A stretch of 22,368 bases of DNA, taken from the NCBI GenBank assembly GCA_965371515.1, contig CBDUYR010000046.1, positions 1 through 22,368 on the forward strand, in the 5' to 3' direction. The notes under the pieces are model-generated. The model saw only the letters and a list, made by a program, of their open reading frames with translations. It ran no database searches and was not told the origin of the DNA. The DNA is from an uncultured bacterium (lineage in GTDB: Bacteria; Krumholzibacteriota; Krumholzibacteriia; Krumholzibacteriales; Krumholzibacteriaceae). Below are positions 1-6,915 of this stretch, piece by piece. The stretch's first letter is position 1; each line of letters begins with the position of its first letter. The translations under genes were made by a program, and so were the position numbers.

Positions 1-263
1 CTGCGGCGGGCGAGAATCCAGACGATCCACGCGGACTTGAGCGCTTCCTCGATAAAGGGAGCGACATATCTCGCATATGGGGTCAGCTCAAGCCCTGTCG
101 CAGGCTTGAGCTGTTGAGTAATAAAATAGGCTGCGACCGCCGCGACAGATCCGGCACTGAGGCTCGCAGCCACGTGACGGAAACGGACGAGCTTGAAGCT
201 GTCCATCGCCTTGAGGACGAGGAGGAACACGAGGACAGGAATGATTGCGATGAGGTAGTTCAA
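1..263 (-). CDS. prsW: PrsW-family glutamic-type intramembrane protease (5' part; runs off the window edge)
   Basis: Not in the ORF track. Manual translation from TTG at 263 (in-frame TGA just upstream at 290-288): MNYLIAIIPVLVFLLVLKAMDSFKLVRFRHVAASLSAGSVAAVAAYFITQQLKPATGLELTPYARYVAPFIEEALKSAWIVWILARR. Several hydrophobic helices plus the PrsW-type AP-x-x-EExxK motif. Starts 19 nt after the upstream gene's stop. Confidence 0.8.
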   Translation of the reverse strand, partial: MNYLIAIIPVLVFLLVLKAMDSFKLVRFRHVAASLSAGSVAAVAAYFITQQLKPATGLELTPYARYVAPFIEEALKSAWIVWILARR

Positions 264-282
264 CTTATAATATCTCTGCCTG

Positions 283-3200
283 TTACCTCAGTATCTTCAA
301 GGATAGCATCAACTCTTCCCTTGGGGCGTAGCCGTCCTCGAAGGCGAAGGCATAACCTGCCGAGAAGGTAGTCTGCAGGGAAGAGAAGAAGACGATCTTC
401 AGGTTGAGCTGCGAGCCGACGTTAGCAATCTCGACACCCTCATAGTCGGCGTCTACATTGGTCGCGATCGCCGAGCCGAAGAAGGCGAGGCTCGCCCAGT
501 TGGCGTAGAGCGACGGCCATCCGAGAGAGGAGAACCTCAGCGGCGGGAGCGTCCACTCGACCATTCCCTTGAGAAAGTTTGTGCCGCCGATCTCGTTGAG
601 CTCGACTCCGGGGAAGGTATAGAACTCTCTGTACCTGTCGACTCCCTGGTGGTCGACCCAGTTGTTCCCGAATCCCCCGAAGAAGAAGTATGAGTTCGAT
701 TCCTTCCTGTCGCCGAGGGAGAAGCCCCCCGACGTTCTGAGCCATATCGAGGAATGGTCCCACGGAAGAAGGAATCCATAATCAAGAGTGCTCCAGAATA
801 ATGGATAGAGCTCGCCATTGACCAGCGAGGAATATTCGTTGAGGGAGAATTTGATTCCCTTTTCCGCCTGTATCCCGCCTATCGTCCTCCGCACATGCCT
901 GTAATTCAGGGACCCTTCGAGGGTGTAGAAATCCTTCATCGTTGCCAGGATGTTCTGGTAATGGGGGAGGTATTCCAGGTTGCCGTAGGCGGCGGCCTTG
1001 ACGTTCAGTCCGAGTTTCTTCGGTCTGTCGACGATGAATCCGTAGTCATAGTTCAGGGCTAGCGAGTGCCCTTTCCTGCTGACCTTCGTCGGGCCAAAGA
1101 GGTCGTAGAAATCGGCACGGTTATAATAGCCGGTGGCGGCCCATCGGCCTCTGGAGTATTTGAACCTGAAATGACCCCGCTCGTTCTCCGGCAGGTTCGT
1201 GTTCGGCGTGTAGGAAACAGCCATGTCTAGGGCGTTTATACCGACTGGGTCCATCATGTTGAACCTCAGTCCGATGGTGCCGTAATCCTTGTATCCCTCG
1301 ACGATCGGGTAGAGCGACGTGACCCTGAGGTTCCGTGTCACCTTGTACTCGCCCTCGTACGTCTTCAGCGAGTCTATCTCGATCTCACGCGGCGAGCTCA
1401 GCATCCAGTCCTCCAGCTCGGGATGCTCTAAGATGACAGCCTGTCCGAGGTATTTTACAGCGTATATGTCTTCTATCGGGTTAACGGGGATCATGACCGG
1501 CTCGAATCCGCTGCCGGTGTACCTGAAGGTTATGAGCGAGTCGTCCGACACGGGCAGGGGCCGGAAGGCCCCGATCTCGAAGTTGCTCAGCGCTTCGATC
1601 TTCCATTCCTCGAAATCGAACCTGAAGATATTCGAGGTGCCGGTAGAGTAGGAGGTTCCGTAGAGATACCGCCCGTCGGCCGAGTGGACGAAGTTCGCCG
1701 CGTTGTTATCGGTGAACTCGTGAAGCAGTTCCCAGGTGCCGTCCCCGATCATCAGTCTCGCCGTTTCCATCCTGATCAGCCGCTGGTTGCCGCTTATGTC
1801 GGTCATGGTACCGGTGAGCCACTTCCCGTCGGGCGAGATGTCGATGTCGAACATGTCGTACCCGTACCTCAGCTTGAGCAGCTCGTACCCGTCCTCGTAC
1901 GGTGGAGGGAACATCACGATACTCGTGAATCCGTTGTCGTGCCTCATGCCCCAGATCGTCGAGTCTGCCCTGCTGTAGACGAGGTCGCCTGTCCGGTTAT
2001 CCTTGCAGAGTACCTTTGTCTTTCCCGTGGCGATGTCGACCGAGTTGAGGTCGCGAAAGCCCCTGCTGTTGTCTGTCGTGAAGAAGAGGGTCCCGCTCTC
2101 AGGATCATGAGCGAGGCCTGTGACGTAGTAGAGGGCCGGGGTCTCTATCTCGCAGATCTTCCTCATCTCTCCCGAGTCGATATTGATCGCCGCGATATGA
2201 GAGAACTCGCCGGGATAGTTCACAGCCGCGTAGAGCGTCCGGCTCTCCGCATCGAAGAACTCCCTCGAGACGGAGCCGAGCGCACGCTCGCAGAGCGGCC
2301 GGGCGGGTGTTACGGGATATTGACGTATCGAGTCGAGGTTTGTCTCCTGCCACTGTTTCTCGAATTCGATCCATTCGTTCCACTTCTCGTAGATCGAAGC
2401 GTCGAACACCTTGCGGAACTGGGTTGAGAAGTAGGCGCCGCTTCCCTCGTTACGGCGCACCCATTCGACCACCGAATCGGGGCCGTGCATCAGGGAGAGA
2501 TAGCTGAAGAAGCGCGTGCCGTAGAGGTACGACACCTGGCCGATCTGGAAATCCTTCGCCGTGCCCTCCGACTCCAGGCCAACAACGGTGTAGAACTCGA
2601 TGCTGTCGCGGACCATCGCCCTGAAGGTCATCTCGTCGTACCCGGTGAGCGACCGGCCGATCCCGCCCGCCATCCAGGTCTCCATGAATACGGCTATTCC
2701 CTCGTGGTACCACCTCGGTGCGTACAGGCGCGGCGTTGTGAGGTATGCGTAGAATATCGAGAGAGGGTCCTCGGCGACGGGGTGGACCTTGCCGAAGAAG
2801 AGCTTCCTGAACCGGGAATCCCACCCGGTCGCCTGGTCGGAGGCGGTAACATGGACGAGTTCGTGGTTCATCACCCAGTTCATCCGCTCGTTTGTCGGGC
2901 ACGTGTCGTAGACGTACTCGAAAGGTTCGATGCCGAGAGTGATCCAGTTGTTGGGGATCACTGTGGTTCCGGCATAACCGTAATCGTCGTCGTCGTTGAA
3001 GTAGACGGTCACCGGACCGCTCGGCGTGTAGTCGAAGAATTTCTGGTGATAGCGGAATGCGTTCTCGAAGCAGCGGGAAATGTGCTCTATGACGTACTCC
3101 TGCTCCTTGTAAAAGTAGAAGACCTTGAGGTCTTCCGTCTCGTACGTCCTGTATTTGAGCTGGTAGGGTTTTTCATCCTCGCTTTCGCTCGATGCCCGGC

Positions 3201-3285
3201 CCGGAACGAAACATATCGCCGCGGCGGCGATAAGGATAGGGATCGAGCGTGTGATGAATCCGGCTGTCGCTGTGAATCGATTCAT
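283..3285 (-). CDS. ~1000-aa exported multidomain protein: MA-clan (gluzincin-like) zinc peptidase + TolB/PD40-like beta-propeller + C-terminal Omp85/BamA-like beta-barrel
   Basis: Start moved from 3372 to ATG 3285 (AAGGGAAG RBS-like, followed by signal peptide MNRFTATAGFITRSIPILIAAAAICFVPGRASS). HELVH at 2851-2865 with downstream PRWYHEGIAVFME (third zinc ligand Glu, 2701-2703). Propeller blades DISPDGKWL, HSADGRYLY, HDPESGTLFF. C-terminal third has alternating aromatic beta-strands and BamA-like FFFGG...GGTNFLKGMVEWTLP. Confidence 0.8.
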   Translation of the reverse strand: MNRFTATAGFITRSIPILIAAAAICFVPGRASSESEDEKPYQLKYRTYETEDLKVFYFYKEQEYVIEHISRCFENAFRYHQKFFDYTPSGPVTVYFNDDDDYGYAGTTVIPNNWITLGIEPFEYVYDTCPTNERMNWVMNHELVHVTASDQATGWDSRFRKLFFGKVHPVAEDPLSIFYAYLTTPRLYAPRWYHEGIAVFMETWMAGGIGRSLTGYDEMTFRAMVRDSIEFYTVVGLESEGTAKDFQIGQVSYLYGTRFFSYLSLMHGPDSVVEWVRRNEGSGAYFSTQFRKVFDASIYEKWNEWIEFEKQWQETNLDSIRQYPVTPARPLCERALGSVSREFFDAESRTLYAAVNYPGEFSHIAAINIDSGEMRKICEIETPALYYVTGLAHDPESGTLFFTTDNSRGFRDLNSVDIATGKTKVLCKDNRTGDLVYSRADSTIWGMRHDNGFTSIVMFPPPYEDGYELLKLRYGYDMFDIDISPDGKWLTGTMTDISGNQRLIRMETARLMIGDGTWELLHEFTDNNAANFVHSADGRYLYGTSYSTGTSNIFRFDFEEWKIEALSNFEIGAFRPLPVSDDSLITFRYTGSGFEPVMIPVNPIEDIYAVKYLGQAVILEHPELEDWMLSSPREIEIDSLKTYEGEYKVTRNLRVTSLYPIVEGYKDYGTIGLRFNMMDPVGINALDMAVSYTPNTNLPENERGHFRFKYSRGRWAATGYYNRADFYDLFGPTKVSRKGHSLALNYDYGFIVDRPKKLGLNVKAAAYGNLEYLPHYQNILATMKDFYTLEGSLNYRHVRRTIGGIQAEKGIKFSLNEYSSLVNGELYPLFWSTLDYGFLLPWDHSSIWLRTSGGFSLGDRKESNSYFFFGGFGNNWVDHQGVDRYREFYTFPGVELNEIGGTNFLKGMVEWTLPPLRFSSLGWPSLYANWASLAFFGSAIATNVDADYEGVEIANVGSQLNLKIVFFSSLQTTFSAGYAFAFEDGYAPREELMLSLKILR

Positions 3286-3312
3286 CTTCTTCCCTTGAAT
3301 AAGATGCGGTAC

Positions 3313-3349
3313 GAAGGAGGCAGCCCGGTCAGTGCCGGGCTGCTCCTTC
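3313..3349 (-). terminator. Strong intergenic stem-loop between the repeat-protein gene and the peptidase/Omp85 gene (partial terminator or mRNA 3' stabiliser)
   Basis: GAAGGAGGCAGCCCGG-TCAGTG-CCGGGCTGCTCCTTC: 15-bp stem with one bulged base. No clear U-tract after it on the minus strand. Confidence 0.6.
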
Positions 3350-3393
3350 TTACCACACACCACTTCTTCCACTTCATGTCAAAGTCGAGATCC

Positions 3394-5349
3394 CTAGATC
3401 TCCCTGCGCATCGACGATCTCTCCATCATGGAGGCTCTGTTGAATATTGACGCCTTTTCCTGCAGCGAGGTGCGCCCCATTATCGAGGCCTTCTCCTGGA
3501 GGGAGGCCCTGTTGAATATCGATGCCTTTTCCTGGACCGAAGCGCGCCGCATGATGTTGGATTTCTCCTGGACCGAGAACCTGTCCATCAGGGACGCCTT
3601 CTCCTGGATCGAGAACTTGCCGATGATGGAGGCTTTCTCCTGCATCGGGAGCTTGTCGAAAGCTTCCATCGTTATCGAGGCCCTCTTTAGGATCGAAGTA
3701 CGGTCCTGCAGAGAGAGGCGCTGCATCAGTTCGGACCGCTCCTGGATCGAGGCGCGGTCGAATATCGAGGCCTTCTCCTGCATGCAGCAACGCTCGAACA
3801 TGTCGACCCGCTCCTGGATGTTTGCCTTGGCGAATATATTCGACTTCTCATGGATAGAAGACCTGTTGAAGATCATGGCCTTTTCCTGGATGTTGACCCT
3901 CTCCATCAGAGAGGACTTCTCCTGGATATTGGCCCGCTTCATCAGCGAGCTTTTTTCCTTAAGAGAGGCGCGCTCCATGATGTTGGACTTTTTCTGAAGC
4001 GAGAACCTGTCCATCAGGGAGGCCTTCTCCTGGATCGAGAACTTGCCGATGATGGAGGCTTTCTCCTGCATCGGGAGCTTGTCGAAGGCTTCCATCGTGA
4101 TCGAGGACTTCTTGAGGAGCGACCTGCGGTCCTGTACGGAGAAGCGCTGCATCAGCTCGACGCGCTCCTGGATAGTGGCTCGCTTGAATATCGAGGCCTT
4201 TTCCTGGATCGAACTGCGCTGCATGATATCGGAGCGCTCCTGGAGCGATGCCTTCTCGAAGAGGAAGGCCATGCCCATAAGGCTGGTCCTCTGCATGATC
4301 GCGGACTTCTCCTGTATCGTAGCACGCTGCATCAGGTCGGCCCTCTCCTGGAGCGATGCCTTCCGCATGATATTGGACTTCTCCTGGATCGAGAACCTGT
4401 CCATCAGGGAGGCCTTCTCCTGGATCGAGAACTTGCCGATGATGGAGGCTTTCTCCTGCATCGGGAGCTTGTCGAAGGCTTCCATCGTGAGCGAGTGCCT
4501 CTCGAGGATGGAAGTGCGCGCGTACGGTCCGAGCTCCTTGAAGACTTTCATCTTTCCCTGGATGGTGGCGCGCTTGAAGATCGCGGCCTTCTCCTGGAAA
4601 GTAGCCCTCTCGAGGATCGAGGCACGCTCGGCTATCGAGGCGCGGTTGAATATTGTCGCCCTCTGCTGTAGCGAGGACCGCTGCATGATGTCGAGTCTCT
4701 CCTGGATCGATGTGCGGTTGAAGATCGCCGCTTTCTGATGTATCGAGGCGCGCATCATGATATCGGCCTTCTCCTGGAGGGAAAGCCTCTCCATGATAGC
4801 GGCTTTTTCCTGGATAGTGGCTTTCTTCATCAGAGAGGCCTTCTCCTGGATGGAGAACTTCTCTATGATCGCGGCCTTCTCCTGCATCGGGAGCTTGTTG
4901 AACGCCTCCATTGTGAAGGATGTTCTCTTGAGGAGACCGGCCCCTTGCTGAAGCGCATAACGCTCGAACATCGAAATACGTTCCAGAGGGGTCGCGCGTT
5001 CGATCAGGGAAAAGCGCGCATGATCGATAGCAATAGAGGCGAATGCCGCTTTCTCCTGAATCGAAGACCTCTGCAGAAGGTTGGACTTCTCCTGGAGCGA
5101 AGTTCGCTCAAAGAGAGCCGCCATTTCCTCGGGAGAGATCGTGTTGTCCATCGTGTATTCCGACTCGTAATCCCCCTCGAAGTTCAGTACAACGTCCTTG
5201 TCGCTTATCTGCTGGTTACGATACTTGTCCACCGCTCCAATCGTTCCCTCAGCGCCGTCACGGCCTGTGGGAGGATGGAAGAAGGCGAAGTAGGCAACCA
5301 CTACGATTGCGATCAGGACAACCACCAGCAGAACCTTGTTCTTCCCCAT
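3394..5349 (-). CDS. 651-aa single-pass membrane-anchored tandem-repeat protein (12-aa helical repeats), function unknown
   Basis: Strong RBS AAGGAGGT upstream of ATG 5349. Basic N-terminus and hydrophobic segment aa 6-24. Residues 82-651 are repeats with consensus [RK]ASIQEKASI[MF]x. Confidence 0.9.
   Translation of the reverse strand: MGKNKVLLVVVLIAIVVVAYFAFFHPPTGRDGAEGTIGAVDKYRNQQISDKDVVLNFEGDYESEYTMDNTISPEEMAALFERTSLQEKSNLLQRSSIQEKAAFASIAIDHARFSLIERATPLERISMFERYALQQGAGLLKRTSFTMEAFNKLPMQEKAAIIEKFSIQEKASLMKKATIQEKAAIMERLSLQEKADIMMRASIHQKAAIFNRTSIQERLDIMQRSSLQQRATIFNRASIAERASILERATFQEKAAIFKRATIQGKMKVFKELGPYARTSILERHSLTMEAFDKLPMQEKASIIGKFSIQEKASLMDRFSIQEKSNIMRKASLQERADLMQRATIQEKSAIMQRTSLMGMAFLFEKASLQERSDIMQRSSIQEKASIFKRATIQERVELMQRFSVQDRRSLLKKSSITMEAFDKLPMQEKASIIGKFSIQEKASLMDRFSLQKKSNIMERASLKEKSSLMKRANIQEKSSLMERVNIQEKAMIFNRSSIHEKSNIFAKANIQERVDMFERCCMQEKASIFDRASIQERSELMQRLSLQDRTSILKRASITMEAFDKLPMQEKASIIGKFSIQEKASLMDRFSVQEKSNIMRRASVQEKASIFNRASLQEKASIMGRTSLQEKASIFNRASMMERSSMRREI
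3397..5142 (-). repeat. Intragenic 36-bp (12-codon) tandem repeat array, organised into higher-order blocks
   Basis: From R82 (5106): 44 twelve-residue units plus four 10-residue TMEAF[DN] units. One further degenerate unit (TISPEEMAALFE) precedes them. TTCTCCTG recurs at about 36-nt periodicity on the plus strand. Confidence 0.95.
3574..4490. repeat. Three near-identical 101-bp direct repeats (3574-3674, 4000-4100, 4390-4490); a divergent fourth copy at about 4816-4916
   Basis: 4000-4100 and 4390-4490 are identical by eye, and 3574-3674 differs at 3 positions. Spacings 426, 390 and 426 bp match protein super-repeats of 142, 130 and 142 aa. The copies encode TMEAFDKLPMQEKASIIGKFSIQEKASLMDRFS. 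Confidence 0.92.
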
Positions 5350-5406
5350 CTGATGACCTCCTTTTTGGGAATGGGTTTCTACCGCTCGCTAATTTACTGT
5401 TCACCC

Positions 5407-5435
5407 TAAATACAGCCGACTTCCCTCAATGTTGG
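5407..5435 (-). promoter_or_regulatory. Putative ECF-sigma promoter for the repeat-protein gene (CCAAC-N16-TGTATTTA)
   Basis: Minus strand reads CCAAC attgagggaagtcggc TGTATTTA, 57 nt upstream of ATG 5349. The same boxes and spacing occur in front of the sigma gene. Resembles SigW-type AAC-N16-CGTA geometry. Confidence 0.65.
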
Positions 5436-5454
5436 TCGGCCGCGCCGGATTATT

Positions 5455-6192
5455 TTATCCGCCGGCGACGAATCTCATGGCTGTGACCGTTTTGCCGTCG
5501 GTGAAGATACGCAGCACGACAGCCGCGGTCTCCGCCGATCTGAACCTGATGACGTATTTAGCCTTGCCTTGATGTACGAGCAGGAGGCTCTTCTCGTCGA
5601 CTTCCATCTGGTAGGCCGCTCCCTCGTTCGATCTGATCGACTCGAAAGAGACGTCGCCCTCGAACTCGAGGAGGACGCTGGTCTCCACATCGGAAGCCAG
5701 GTCTATCGTGACAGTCATGGAGCTGCTTTCTACTACGGGCAGCACGCTTCCCTTGACGCCGAAGGCATCGAATGCTTCGGTAGAGCTTTTCTCACTTTCA
5801 GCGGCTCCGATCGTCGCTCCGTAACCGTTTTCCTCCGGTGTCCGGTCAGTAAACGGACTTATCGCAGCGAATATGATGAATCCCGCCGCGACACCGGCGG
5901 CGAAGACGGGAGCGAATGACCGCCAGAAGGTGCGTCCGCCCGCTGCCTGTACCGAGATCTCCTCCCGGGAGCGCCCGTATATCGAATCGAATATCCTCGC
6001 CCTGAGCTCCGGGGGAGGCTCGAGCTCTCCCGCGCCGTCTATGGCTCCGACCGTTTCTTTCAGTTCCTCATAGTACATTTGAGCCTCGGGATCGGACTTT
6101 ATATAAGCGGCGAGCTTTTCCGCGTTCCCGCCGGATATGATCCCGTCGATCTCCTCGTTCATCAGCCTTATGTAGAATTCGTCTATGCTCAT
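5455..6192 (-). CDS. Membrane-spanning anti-sigma factor (ZAS-like N-terminal helices lacking zinc ligands, one TM, extracytoplasmic beta-rich domain)
   Basis: Begins 3 nt after the ECF sigma stop. N-terminus LMNEEIDG...EKLAAYIKSDPEAQMYYEEL...PPPELRARIF follows the anti-sigma domain pattern. TM FAPVFAAGVAAGFIIFAAI. Confidence 0.8.
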   Translation of the reverse strand: MSIDEFYIRLMNEEIDGIISGGNAEKLAAYIKSDPEAQMYYEELKETVGAIDGAGELEPPPELRARIFDSIYGRSREEISVQAAGGRTFWRSFAPVFAAGVAAGFIIFAAISPFTDRTPEENGYGATIGAAESEKSSTEAFDAFGVKGSVLPVVESSSMTVTIDLASDVETSVLLEFEGDVSFESIRSNEGAAYQMEVDEKSLLLVHQGKAKYVIRFRSAETAAVVLRIFTDGKTVTAMRFVAGG

Positions 6193-6195
6193 GAT

Positions 6196-6726
6196 TTACC
6201 CTGCCCCGGTGAGAATTTCCTTCATCCGCTGTCTTGCCGAGTAGAGCCTGGACTTCACCGTCTTCTCGGGAATCCCCAGCACGTCGCCCATTTGACGGTA
6301 AGAGAGGTCGACGAAATGTCTGAGGATGATGGCCACCCTCTGATCCTCGCCGAGTTTCTTCAGCGCGGACTGCACGAGCCCGTTCGACTCCTTGCGTATG
6401 ATCTGCTGCTCCGGCCCCGGAGCGCGGGAGGGGAGGTCGAACTCGATGTGCACGATCCTGCGCTGTCTTTTCACCTGGTTCAGGGATTCGTTGACGCCCA
6501 TCCTGTAAAGCCAGCTGAAGAACTTCCTCGATGGATCGAAGGTCTCCAGCCTTTCGAAGGCCTTTACAAATACTGTCTGTGTGACATCCATGGCATCCTC
6601 GTAGTCGCCGCAGATCCTGAACGCGAGGTTGAAGATCCGTCGTTCGTACTTCTCCACTAGCCTTCCGAACGCTTCCCTGTCTCCATTGAGCGTTTCGATA
6701 ACCAGCGATGAATCCGTTGTCGACAT
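6196..6726 (-). CDS. ECF-family RNA polymerase sigma factor (SigW/RpoE-like)
   Basis: Region 2: GDREAFGRLVEKY...DAMDVTQTVFVKAF...FFSWLYRMGVNESLN. Region 4: LSYRQMGDVLGIPEKTVKSRLYSARQRM. Start ATG 6726 (MSTTDSS) preferred over 6792; start uncertain. Confidence 0.93.
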   Translation of the reverse strand: MSTTDSSLVIETLNGDREAFGRLVEKYERRIFNLAFRICGDYEDAMDVTQTVFVKAFERLETFDPSRKFFSWLYRMGVNESLNQVKRQRRIVHIEFDLPSRAPGPEQQIIRKESNGLVQSALKKLGEDQRVAIILRHFVDLSYRQMGDVLGIPEKTVKSRLYSARQRMKEILTGAG

Positions 6727-6754
6727 AAATACAGGCCAACCGCGAAAAAGTTGG
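6726..6754 (-). promoter_or_regulatory. Putative autoregulatory ECF promoter motif (CCAAC-N16-TGTATTTA) abutting the sigma start codon
   Basis: Minus strand reads CCAAC tttttcgcggttggcc TGTATTTA(TG), matching the copy at 5407-5435. Overlaps a GCCAAC-N9-GTTGGC inverted repeat. Confidence 0.55.
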
Positions 6755-6915
6755 CAGACCGGTTTGGAAAAATGTCCTCCGTCCGGCGCCATGGAAGGCC
6801 GGTGACGGAGGACGATGCCGGATAACCGGCCCGTGCCACAGCCGTCACTCTCGTGCAGCAGATGCTTTTAAATCCCTTGTAGTTGAGAGCTTGTGAGAGG
6901 AGAGTAAATGAACTT

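Noticed and set aside
3286..3372. N-terminal extension of the 1029-aa ORF
   Set aside because: Overlaps the intergenic hairpin; ATG 3285 has an RBS-like sequence and directly precedes the signal peptide.
3397..5142. 36-bp periodicity as a possible CRISPR array
   Set aside because: Units are contiguous, degenerate at codon level and in frame. There are no unique spacers and no cas genes.
3428..5409. Plus-strand and alternate-frame ORFs with repeating motifs (3428-3997, 3850-4671, 4043-4738, 4738-5409, 3374-3790)
   Set aside because: Shadows of the 36-bp repeats in the minus-strand gene, which has the RBS, the TM anchor and an uninterrupted frame.
6797..6848. GC-rich inverted repeats (GGCCGGT/ACCGGCC, GTGACGG/CCGTCAC) between the STAS and sigma genes as a structured ncRNA
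   Set aside because: Short 7-bp arms in GC-rich DNA are expected by chance, and no riboswitch consensus was recognised.
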